Source of the DNA: Armatimonadota bacterium
GTDB lineage: Bacteria > Armatimonadota > UBA10988
DNA length: 45,072 bases
Direction: 5' to 3'
Assembly: GCA_016183835.1 (NCBI GenBank)
Contig: JACPDV010000418.1
Location: 1 to 45,072 of the forward strand
This document shows positions 7,772 to 15,682 of this stretch, in pieces. The notes beneath the pieces are model-generated. The model was not told where the DNA came from, did no database searches, and was given only the letters and a program-made list of their open reading frames with translations. Position 1 is the first letter of the stretch, and every line of letters begins with the position of its first letter. Position numbers and translations under genes: made by a program.

Positions 7772-8836
7772 GTGGCGAACCTGACGAGTGAGTCCGGCAT
7801 CATCAAGACGGCCTGCCATGCCCGCGCCGGCCTGATCGGCAACCCGTCGGACGGGTTCTACGGTAAGACCATCGCCGCGATCGTGCGCAACTGGCGCGCC
7901 ACGGTGCAGATCTGGGCCAGCCCGGAGCTGGTCATTCAGCCCAACCGCACCCACGACCCGCAGCTCTTCGACAGCCTCGGCGAGCTGTTCGTCACCGCCC
8001 AGCGCGAGGGCTACTACGGCGGGCTGCGGCTGCTCTATGCCACCTGCAAGCGGTTCTACGAGGAGACCCAGACGCGTCGGATCCTCCTCCCCGCCGGCAA
8101 CTTCACCGTGCGCTACGAGACCGACATCCCGCGCGGCGTGGGCCTGGCCGGGTCGAGCGCCATCATCACCGCCACCTTCCGCGCCCTGATGGAGTTCTAC
8201 GGTGTGCCCGAGGACGCCTTCGGCAAGCCGGTGCTGCCCAACCTGGTGCGCAGCGTGGAGACCGAGGAGCTGGGCCTCACCGCCGGCCTGCAGGACCGTG
8301 TGATCCAGACCTACGGCGGCTGCGTCTACATGGACTTCGACCGCGAGCGGATGCAGCGCGACGGCCACGGGCTGTACGTGCCGCTCGACCCGATCCAGCT
8401 ACCGCCGCTCTACATCGCCTACATCAGCAACCCGAGCGAGAGCAGCAGCATCCACAGCCCCATCCGCGTGCGCTGGGAGCGCGGCGATCCCGAGGTGGTC
8501 GCCGCTATGCTGCAGTTCGCCTCCTACGCCGAGCAATTCCGCCAGGCCCTGGACGCGGGCGACACCGACGAGCTGGGCGCCCTGATGAACGCCAACTTCG
8601 ACCTCCGCCGCCAGCTCTACGGCGACGAGGTGATCGGCCGCGACTGCCTCCGCATCATCCGCATCGCCCGCGAGTGCGGCGCCAGCTCCACCTTCGCCGG
8701 GAGCGGCGGGGCCATCATCGGCATCTATCGCGACGACCGCCACTTCGACGAGCTGAGCGCCGCCTTCGCCGCCGCCGGCTACCCGGTCGTCAAGGCCCGC
8801 GTGGGCGGCGCCGGCCACGGTGACGGATGCGACTGA
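7772..8836 (+). CDS. GHMP-family sugar-1-kinase, glucuronokinase-like
   Basis: GTG 7772 has GAAGGAG at 7757-7763. The GHMP motif is GVGLAGSSAIITA. ARAGLIGNPSDGFYGKTI, GYYGGLRLL, LQDRVIQTYGG..YMDF, LPPLYIAY and NFDLRRQL..DE line up with what I remember of plant glucuronokinase (GlcAK). Confidence 0.75.
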   Translation: MANLTSESGIIKTACHARAGLIGNPSDGFYGKTIAAIVRNWRATVQIWASPELVIQPNRTHDPQLFDSLGELFVTAQREGYYGGLRLLYATCKRFYEETQTRRILLPAGNFTVRYETDIPRGVGLAGSSAIITATFRALMEFYGVPEDAFGKPVLPNLVRSVETEELGLTAGLQDRVIQTYGGCVYMDFDRERMQRDGHGLYVPLDPIQLPPLYIAYISNPSESSSIHSPIRVRWERGDPEVVAAMLQFASYAEQFRQALDAGDTDELGALMNANFDLRRQLYGDEVIGRDCLRIIRIARECGASSTFAGSGGAIIGIYRDDRHFDELSAAFAAAGYPVVKARVGGAGHGDGCD

Positions 8837-9840
8837 TCGATCGCTACCTGCTCGAGGAGATCGCCACCCCGTTCGTGGTCGGGGTGATGGTGATCCTGGT
8901 CATGCTCCTCGGCGACCAGCTCTACCAGCTCCTCATGCTGGTCATCACCCGCGGCGTCTCCGTGGTGACGGTCAGCCGGCTCCTGCTCTTCAAACTGCCT
9001 AGCATGACGGTGGTGGCCTTGCCCCTGGCCGTGATCCTGGCCACGTCGCTCGGCCTCGGCCGGCTGGTGCGCGAGGGCGAGTGGACCAGCCTGCGCCTCG
9101 GCGGCGCCGGCCTGCGCCGGCTGCTTCGGCCGATTCTCGTCTTCGGCCTGGCCATCACCGCGCTGAGCTGGGTGGTGGGCGAATCCATCGCCCCGCCGGC
9201 CCTGGCGCAGTTCGAGCGGATCCAGACCGAGCTGGCGGTGGCCGACCCGACCATCGTGGTCCAGCCGCAGCGCTGGTTCAAGCCGGGCTCGTCGCGCGCT
9301 TGGTTCTACGTCAACGAGCTCGACCCGCGCACGGGGATCATGCGCAACGTGGTGATCTTCAGCGACGAGCAGAGCGACTACCCGACCGCGCTGTTCGCCC
9401 GCGAGGCGCGGTTCGACCAGGAGAAGTTCTACCTCACCGACGTGGCGCGCCACGTCTGGCGGCCGGACGGCACGCTCCAGCGCGAGGCGACGACGCAGCG
9501 GGTGATCCTCAACGTGGCCCGCCTCTCGCCCCGGCTGGCCGGCTCGGCGCTGAGCACCGACGAGATGTCGGCGTCGCAGATCCGCGAGATGATCGAGCGC
9601 TCCGGGCAGCAGGGCGTCGCGCGGCCCGACCAGGTCCTCGACCTGCACCGCCGTTACGCCGCGCCGGCGGCGTGCCTGGTCCTCGCCCTGCTCTGCGTGC
9701 CGCTCAATCTGCTCACTGCGCGGCGCGGGAGCTTCGCCGGCCTGCGCCGGCTGCTTCGGCCGATTCTCATCTTCGGCCTGGCCATCACCGCGCTGAGCTG
9801 GGTGGTGGGCGAATCCATCGCCCCGCCGCGGAGAACGCCG
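8827..9840 (+). CDS. LptF/LptG (YjgP/YjgQ)-family permease, apparently 3'-truncated and reading in frame into the next gene
   Basis: ATG 8827 overlaps the kinase gene by 10 nt. The MRLIDRYLLEEI start is typical of the family. It is followed by three TM helices, a ~170-aa periplasmic domain and TM4 (RRYAAPAACLVLALLCVPLNLL..RRGSF). The sequence then jumps into a duplicate of the TM3-coding segment (9735-9828). There is no stop codon before 12516, and the expected last TM helices are missing. Confidence 0.65.
9105..9198 (+). repeat. 94-bp direct repeat, copy 1 (codes for LptF/G TM3)
   Basis: It is identical to 9735-9828 except at 9139 (g, versus a at 9769). The offset is exactly 630 bp, which keeps the frame. 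Confidence 0.95.
9735..9828 (+). repeat. 94-bp direct repeat, copy 2 (junction between the permease and heparinase-like genes)
   Basis: It matches 9105-9198 at 93 of 94 positions. It ends 1 nt before the GGAG and 12 nt before the ATG of the heparinase-like lipoprotein gene. Confidence 0.95.
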
Positions 9841-12516
9841 ATGCCCGCCCGTCTCCTCCTCCCCCTCTTCCTCGCCGGCTGCGCCAACGCCACCCTCACC
9901 ACCCACCCGCGGGTCTACTTCGACTCCGCCGGCCTCCAACGCCTCCGCGCGCTCAGCCGGCAGACCGACGCCACCGTCTACGGCTTCGCGCCCGCCGACG
10001 GATGGGCGGCCATCCTCGCCCGGGCCCGCGCCCTCGCCAACGGACCGGCCTACCACTACGAAGTTCAGATCCCGGCCGTCAACAACGAGCACGCCGGCTG
10101 GAAGTGGAGCTACACCCTCTCCGCCACGCCGCCGCCGCGGCACGACGAGTCCCCTCACTACCCGCCCTGGACCGCCCTCTTCCAGGAGCGCGAGGACAGC
10201 ATCTCCACCCGGCTCAAGCTCTTCTCCCTCGCGTACCTGATCACCGGCGAGGACCTGTTCTACCAGAAGGCCCGCGAGATTGCCTTCGACCTGGCCCAGT
10301 GGCCGCAGTGGACCGACCCCAGCTACGGCGGGCTCCCGGCCTGCCTCGACACCGGCCACTGCACCCAGACGATGGGCCTCTTCTACGACTGGTGCTACGA
10401 CAAGCTGGCCCCCGCCGAGCGCGAGCAGTTGCGCGGCGCCATCGTCGACAAGGGCATCCTGGCCCTCACCGCCACCCTGCCGAAGACCGAAGCCCACTGG
10501 AACGGCTGGGGGGTGTTCACCACCGGGCTCGGCGTCGCCGCGCTGGCGCTGGTGGGCGAAGAGGACCGCGCGCCCGGCTGGGTGCAGACTTCCATCGACA
10601 ACGTGAAGACGTACGACGACCTGCAGGGCAGCGACGGCGGCAGCTTCGAGGGGCCGATGTACGGCACCTACGCCGCGGACAGTCTCGCCGCGCTCCTCTT
10701 CGCCCTCGACAGCTCGCAAACCGCCCACGGCCTGAAGGGGCACCCCTTCCTGGCCGGCCTGCCGCGCTTCGCCGTCAACGGCCTCTCGCCCCACGTCAAA
10801 GGCATCGCCACGTTCGGCGACGGCGGTTTCACCGCCGCCTACCCTCGCACCCTGGCCATGCTCGCCGCCGGCGGCGACGAGGCGGCGCGCTACTACCTTC
10901 TGGCTGCCGGCCTGCTGGGCGGCCTGAACGGCATCGACGACTTCCTCTTCAACGGCCCGCTGCTCGCGGCCAAGGAGCTGCCCGGGCCGCCCGCATGGCT
11001 GGGCAGCGACGCCTTCACCGACGTCGGCTACGCGTTCCTCCGCGGCGGCGACGACGATCCGTACCTGGCCTTCAAGTGCGGCCCGGCCACGGTGGCCGTG
11101 GGGCACAACCACTACGACGCCAACAGCTTCCAGATCACCGCCTCCGGCGGCGTGGCGGCGGCCGATCCGGGCTACCGGAGCTACTTCAACCCGCCCATGC
11201 GGCGCTACACCACCAGCACGTTCGGCCACAACACGGTGGTGCTCGACCTCGACAACGCCTACCTCCAGAACCAGGCCGACAGCGTGGCCGGGCACGACCA
11301 GTTCAACCTGGCCGGCGGCCGGCTGATCGAGGCCTTCACCGCGCCCGGCATCGGCTTCCTCACCGGCGAGGCGGCGGCGACCTACAACTCCGCCAACGCC
11401 AAGGTGCTGGACCGCTTCGCCCGCCGCATCGTCGCCATCCCGCCGCACGGCTTCGTGATTCGCGACGAGCTGGCCGCGCCGGCGCCGCACACCTTCAGTT
11501 GGCTGCTCCACGGGCCGAACGGCGCCGAAGTGTCGGCGGCGGCGAACGCCGCCACCCTCGAGCAGGCGCGGGTGGTCCTCCAGGCGGGCGTGTGGTCGCC
11601 GGGCGGTGTGACCTGGCGGTCGGGCACCTACCCGGGCGCGGAGAGCTACGGTCCGTACGCCGCGGCGACCACGGCGCGGCCCGCCACGTCCGCCGCCTTC
11701 ACCGCGGCACTGGTGCCGCGGGCCAACCCGAAGCTGCTGATGAACCCCGGCTTCGAGCGCGATCTGGCCGGCTGGGCCATCCGCTCCGGCGAGGACGGGC
11801 CGCACCACAGGGTGTCCCCCGAGCAGCCGCACTCCGGCACGAAGTGCGGCCGGATCGAGAAGTCGGGCTACTTCTACACCAGCCACTTCGTCCTGCCGCC
11901 CGGCACGAAGTACACGGCCCGGGTCTGGCTGCGGACCGAGGGCGCGGCCAAGGGCGGCGAGATGGTGGTCTACTACTGGCGCGGCGGCACCGCGTTCGCC
12001 AGTGAGCGCACGCCGCCGACGGTGTCCGAGGCCAAGTGGACGCAGCTCACCGTGACCGGCACGGTGCCTGCCGACTGCCAGGAGGTGTGCGTGGCGCTGA
12101 ACTATTTTGACACCGGCGCGGGCTGCTGGGATGACCTGGAGTTCACCCCGGACGCGGCGCCGCAGGCGATGACGCCCGCCCGGATCGAGTCGCTCGGGGC
12201 CGACGCGGCCGACGGCGTCGGCGTGGCGGCGGACGGCTGGACGCACTGGGTGGTGTTCAGGTCTACTGGGCCGGTGGAGACCGACGGGCGGATGGCGGTG
12301 GTGTCGGTCGCGCCGGACGGTCAGGTGGCGCGGGCGCTGCTCGACGGCGGGACGCGGCTGACGTTCGAGGGCAAGCCGGTCCTGCGCAGCACGCAGCGCT
12401 GCACGGCGTCGTTCTGGCGAGGCGCGAAGGGCGTCGAGTCGGCGGTGCAGCTCGATCTGGCGCCGCATGCCGCGGCCATTCGGTGGGAGGCGGTGGGGCT
12501 CGTGGTGGGCGGATGA
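9841..12516 (+). CDS. Heparinase II/III-like (polysaccharide lyase-like) lipoprotein with C-terminal CBM4_9-like domain
   Basis: The internal ATG 9841 has GGAG at 9830-9833. MPARLLLPLFLAGC is a lipobox signal. The heparinase II/III signature is GHNHYDANSFQITASG..DPGY...FGHNTVVLD. The C-terminus (NPGFERDLAGW ... HSG ... WTQLTV) resembles a CBM4_9/galactose-binding-like module. It is in frame with 8827, so the track gives one 1229-aa ORF. Confidence 0.8.
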   Translation: MPARLLLPLFLAGCANATLTTHPRVYFDSAGLQRLRALSRQTDATVYGFAPADGWAAILARARALANGPAYHYEVQIPAVNNEHAGWKWSYTLSATPPPRHDESPHYPPWTALFQEREDSISTRLKLFSLAYLITGEDLFYQKAREIAFDLAQWPQWTDPSYGGLPACLDTGHCTQTMGLFYDWCYDKLAPAEREQLRGAIVDKGILALTATLPKTEAHWNGWGVFTTGLGVAALALVGEEDRAPGWVQTSIDNVKTYDDLQGSDGGSFEGPMYGTYAADSLAALLFALDSSQTAHGLKGHPFLAGLPRFAVNGLSPHVKGIATFGDGGFTAAYPRTLAMLAAGGDEAARYYLLAAGLLGGLNGIDDFLFNGPLLAAKELPGPPAWLGSDAFTDVGYAFLRGGDDDPYLAFKCGPATVAVGHNHYDANSFQITASGGVAAADPGYRSYFNPPMRRYTTSTFGHNTVVLDLDNAYLQNQADSVAGHDQFNLAGGRLIEAFTAPGIGFLTGEAAATYNSANAKVLDRFARRIVAIPPHGFVIRDELAAPAPHTFSWLLHGPNGAEVSAAANAATLEQARVVLQAGVWSPGGVTWRSGTYPGAESYGPYAAATTARPATSAAFTAALVPRANPKLLMNPGFERDLAGWAIRSGEDGPHHRVSPEQPHSGTKCGRIEKSGYFYTSHFVLPPGTKYTARVWLRTEGAAKGGEMVVYYWRGGTAFASERTPPTVSEAKWTQLTVTGTVPADCQEVCVALNYFDTGAGCWDDLEFTPDAAPQAMTPARIESLGADAADGVGVAADGWTHWVVFRSTGPVETDGRMAVVSVAPDGQVARALLDGGTRLTFEGKPVLRSTQRCTASFWRGAKGVESAVQLDLAPHAAAIRWEAVGLVVGG

Positions 12517-12550
12517 GTGCCTCCACGGTGAGCGCGGCCGGATCCGACGG

Positions 12551-12559
12551 TGCTAGAAT
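12551..12559 (+). promoter_or_regulatory. Extended -10 promoter element for the low-GC cassette
   Basis: The element is TGcTAGAAT (TG at 12551-12552, TAGAAT at 12554-12559), 40 nt upstream of ATG 12599. It sits in an otherwise GC-rich 82-bp spacer. No good -35 is present. Confidence 0.4.
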
Positions 12560-12598
12560 GGGCTGGGCTGCCACAGGGGTGACGGCACGGAGCGGGCC

Positions 12599-12844
12599 AT
12601 GCGGATGGAACGGGACGAGGTGCTGGCCGAGAACGCGGCGGGCGTGTTCGGGGAGTACATGAACACGTTCACGGCCCAGGGGATCCGCGTTGACATGTTC
12701 AGGCGCAACGGCGACTTGATCGCCTACGTGAGCCCGGTGGGGAGGCGAAGCGCGGCTGCGGCAATGGACCGGCACGCGCCCAGGATAAAGAAGTACGCCG
12801 AGCAGGAGCACCTTCAGTTGCGCGTGGTCTTCAGCTCGAGGTGA
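12599..12844 (+). CDS. Hypothetical 81-aa protein, first gene of the low-GC cassette
   Basis: ATG 12599 has GGAG at 12589-12592 with a 6-nt spacer, downstream of an extended -10. I recognise no motif. Codon usage is visibly less GC3-biased than in the flanking genes. Confidence 0.5.
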   Translation: MRMERDEVLAENAAGVFGEYMNTFTAQGIRVDMFRRNGDLIAYVSPVGRRSAAAAMDRHAPRIKKYAEQEHLQLRVVFSSR

Positions 12845-12847
12845 CGG

Positions 12848-13690
12848 ATGGCCCGTGTCCGTGTGTCTTTCACCATCCGGCGTACACTGTCGCTCGCGGC
12901 AGGGCTGTACGCCAACGTGGAGCTGGAGTGCTCGCCTGACGACGGGACCGCCACGCTGGCACTGTGGTTCGAGCCCCGGAGCGAAGGCGCCTTCGAGGAG
13001 CAGGAGAGCCAGTCGGAGCGCCTGTTGGTGGAGGCCAACCGCTTCCTGCGGTGGTACCGGTTCGTGACGGGTGAGGCTTCGGTGGTGGAGCTGACGGACG
13101 CCCAAGCCAGTCCGTTCCGGTTCGTGTCCGAGCCGGGCGGCGCTCCCTGGGGCGGGAACGACGGCATCCGGTACGCCGTGCCGGAGCACGCTCCAGCCGC
13201 CAGGACCAAGCCGCTGGCTCAAGTGGAGTCGGAGATCCGGGCCGGTCTGCAATCGGCCGTCGGGCCTCCCGTCTGGCATCTGCTAGTCCTCGACGCCGAC
13301 GTCGCCTTCGCGGAGGGCCGTAATCGCGAGGCCGTCATCTTCTGCTGGAGCGCCATCGAGAGCTGCTTCAACACCACCTTCCGGGATCTCGTTCAGACCA
13401 ACCTCACAGATCTCAACCGCAACGACCGGGACAGCCTCGCGTCCGGCACGGGCCGCGACATCAGCCTCACCAACCGCATGACCGCAGGGCTCCAACTGGC
13501 TGCCGGACAGTCGCTTCACCGGCTGTTGGGTTCCGACTGGGAGCGGCTGCGCGCCAGCTACCGCGTCCGCAACCGGGTGGTCCACGAGGGCGGCGAGCCA
13601 TCGCCGGATGAGGCCGAGCGGTGCCTCGCGGTGACGCGGCGCGTCCTCCGCGAGGTCGAGGCGCTCCGGCCGGCAGCGGACGGGGAGTGA
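12848..13690 (+). CDS. Hypothetical 280-aa protein with a C-terminal HEPN-like domain (Rx4-6H)
   Basis: ATG 12848 lies 3 nt after the upstream stop, with GAGG at 12838-12841. The C-terminal ~150 aa are helical and end in YRVRNRVVHEG (13562-13585), which matches the HEPN Rx4-6H motif. The N-terminal ~125 aa are unassigned. GC is lower than in the neighbouring genes. Confidence 0.65.
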   Translation: MARVRVSFTIRRTLSLAAGLYANVELECSPDDGTATLALWFEPRSEGAFEEQESQSERLLVEANRFLRWYRFVTGEASVVELTDAQASPFRFVSEPGGAPWGGNDGIRYAVPEHAPAARTKPLAQVESEIRAGLQSAVGPPVWHLLVLDADVAFAEGRNREAVIFCWSAIESCFNTTFRDLVQTNLTDLNRNDRDSLASGTGRDISLTNRMTAGLQLAAGQSLHRLLGSDWERLRASYRVRNRVVHEGGEPSPDEAERCLAVTRRVLREVEALRPAADGE

Positions 13691-13710
13691 GCGCCGGGAG
13701 GAGTGCCCCC

Positions 13711-15600
13711 GTGTTCGACCTGTGGCGCATCCACGAACGCCGCGGCGAGCTGATCGCCCGCGCGCAGCACCCGCGCTTCGCCGCCTGGTGGGAGCAGCTC
13801 CTCGCCGACGCGCACCAGCGGGCAGGCGAGACCGTCGAGGTACACGCCGTCGAGCCCGAGGCGCGGGCGAACGAGCTGCTGGCCCTGGCCGGGCGAGCCG
13901 AGGGCCTCGCCTTCGCCGCTGCGCTCACGGGCGACGAGAGCCTTGCCCGCGCCGCCGCCGCGCACCTGGCACCCGTGATCGCCGACGCGTCGCCCTGGAT
14001 GGGTCCCGGCCACCATCGGCACTACCCGGAGCTGAATGCCGACCTGCTCCTTGCCGAGCGCTGCAAGCGCGTCGCCGCAACGCTCTCCTGGGCGGGGCCG
14101 TGGCTGGCTGAGGCGGAGCGCGCCGAGGCCGTTGCCGCGCTGCACGGCCGCGGCGGCGCCGTGATCTGGGAGGACACCCTCCGCGGCGCCTGGTGGAGCA
14201 ACGGCCACAACAGCAACTGGACCGCCGTGCTTAACTCCGGCCTGGCCTTCGCGGCGCTCGGCGTGGCCGAGGAGCATCCCCGGGACTCGGCGGCCTGGCT
14301 GGCGCGAGCCGCCGAGGTGGCCCGGACCATGCTCGACCTCGCCGCCGAGGAGGGCGCCGGGGTCGAGGGGCTGAGCTACTGGACCTACTGCTTCGGCAGC
14401 CTGCTGGACATCGCCGAAGCCCTCGCCGGAGCGGGCGACACCTCGCTCCTCGAGCATCCGTGCTGGCGCAAGGCGGCGGAGTTCCCGCTCTACCTGTCGC
14501 TGCCCGACCTCTCGGGCTGGGCCAACTTCGGCGACTGTGGCGACCACGGGCTCGGCGCGAGCTGGCTCTTTTTCGGCCTGGCCAGCCGCGCCGGCGACCG
14601 GCGCGCGCAGTGGCTGGCGAACCGGATCGCCGGCGATCCGCCGCGGGTCACGTTCCGCGACCTGGTCTTCGCCGACCCCGACCTGCCCGAGGAGCCGCCG
14701 GGCGACCTGCCGCCGTGCCGCCTGTTCAACACCGTCCACCTGGCCGTGCTGCGCTCCGACTGGTCGCCGCAGGCGACGCAGCTCGTGCTCAAAGGCGGCT
14801 CCAACGCCTGGTCGCACTGCCACCTCGACCTCAACAGCTTCATCCTCACCGCCGGCGGCGAGCGGCTGGCGGTGGACCCCGGGCCGTGGCCCTACACCGA
14901 GAGCTACTGGACCAGCGTGGAGCCGCCGCAGTCCACCGCCTGGCACAACACCCTCACCGTGGACGGCGGCGACCAGCGGCAGCCGCCACGCTACCGGATG
15001 AGCTACGACCTGGAGGAGAGCGGCAACGCCTGGTGCCGGCTGAGTGGGTTTGTCGACGGGTCGGACGCGGCGGCGGTGGAGGGCGACGCCACGAGCGCGT
15101 ACGCCGACACGCTGGAGAGCTTCGTCCGCCGGGTGCGCTACCTGAAGCCCGACGTGTTCGTGATCCACGACCGAGTGCGGGTGCGCGAGGTGCGGACGCA
15201 ACGGCACCTGCAGTGGCTCTTGCACGCCTCACGGCCGCTCGACGAGGTGTCCGGCGGCGTGGTGGTGCGGGGTGAGCAGGTGGACCTGTGGGTGCGCCCA
15301 TTGCTGCCCGACGGTTGGGCGGCGAAGCTGCTGGCGGACCGCGTGTCGCCCGGCCGCCCTCCGGTGCACGCCTGGGCGCTGCGGCCGACGTGGTACCACC
15401 TCTGGAACGTCTCGCCGAGCCGCTCGCCCTACCCGCACTGGGACAAGCGTGGGAGCGGACGGCTGTACGGCCCGGAGTACGAGTTCCTGGTGGTCATCGA
15501 GGTAGCACCCGCCGGCGCGGGGCCCCGGTGGACGGCGGAACTAGGGGAGGGAGTGGTGATCCTGCGATCGGGCGGCGAAGTCCGGCATTGCCGCCGGTAG
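13711..15600 (+). CDS. Heparinase II/III-like protein (second paralogue)
   Basis: GTG 13711 has GGGAGGAG at 13696-13703. The motif is SHCHLDLNSFILTAGGERLAVDPG...TAWHNTLTVDGGDQ. The track start at 13621 would overlap the preceding gene. Confidence 0.8.
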   Translation: MFDLWRIHERRGELIARAQHPRFAAWWEQLLADAHQRAGETVEVHAVEPEARANELLALAGRAEGLAFAAALTGDESLARAAAAHLAPVIADASPWMGPGHHRHYPELNADLLLAERCKRVAATLSWAGPWLAEAERAEAVAALHGRGGAVIWEDTLRGAWWSNGHNSNWTAVLNSGLAFAALGVAEEHPRDSAAWLARAAEVARTMLDLAAEEGAGVEGLSYWTYCFGSLLDIAEALAGAGDTSLLEHPCWRKAAEFPLYLSLPDLSGWANFGDCGDHGLGASWLFFGLASRAGDRRAQWLANRIAGDPPRVTFRDLVFADPDLPEEPPGDLPPCRLFNTVHLAVLRSDWSPQATQLVLKGGSNAWSHCHLDLNSFILTAGGERLAVDPGPWPYTESYWTSVEPPQSTAWHNTLTVDGGDQRQPPRYRMSYDLEESGNAWCRLSGFVDGSDAAAVEGDATSAYADTLESFVRRVRYLKPDVFVIHDRVRVREVRTQRHLQWLLHASRPLDEVSGGVVVRGEQVDLWVRPLLPDGWAAKLLADRVSPGRPPVHAWALRPTWYHLWNVSPSRSPYPHWDKRGSGRLYGPEYEFLVVIEVAPAGAGPRWTAELGEGVVILRSGGEVRHCRR

Positions 15601-15670
15601 GGGCGACCGGCAGGTCGCCCGCGCCACCCGCGCGCCTGATCGGACCGGACGGGCGACCTGCCGGTCGCCG
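15601..15670 (+). repeat. Pair of self-complementary 20-mers in inverted orientation (terminator-like hairpins)
   Basis: GGGCGACCGGCAGGTCGCCC (15601-15620) and GGGCGACCTGCCGGTCGCCG (15651-15670) are reverse complements at 19 of 20 positions. Each is itself a 7-bp-stem hairpin. The first starts 1 nt after the heparinase-2 stop, and the second abuts the GGAGGA of the next gene. Confidence 0.8.
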
Positions 15671-15682
15671 GAGGACACAGAC

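Noticed and set aside
8779-12468. A 1229-aa ORF on the minus strand, exactly as long as the sense ORF 8827-12516.
   Set aside because: It is an antisense shadow of a GC3-saturated gene. Its translation is R/G/P/A/H-rich low-complexity sequence with no motifs, while the sense strand has clear LptF/G and heparinase motifs. The same reasoning applies to 13558-15225, 15494-17440, 18281-20506, 20893-22302, 35529-38603, 2517-4994 and the many other antisense ORFs in the track.
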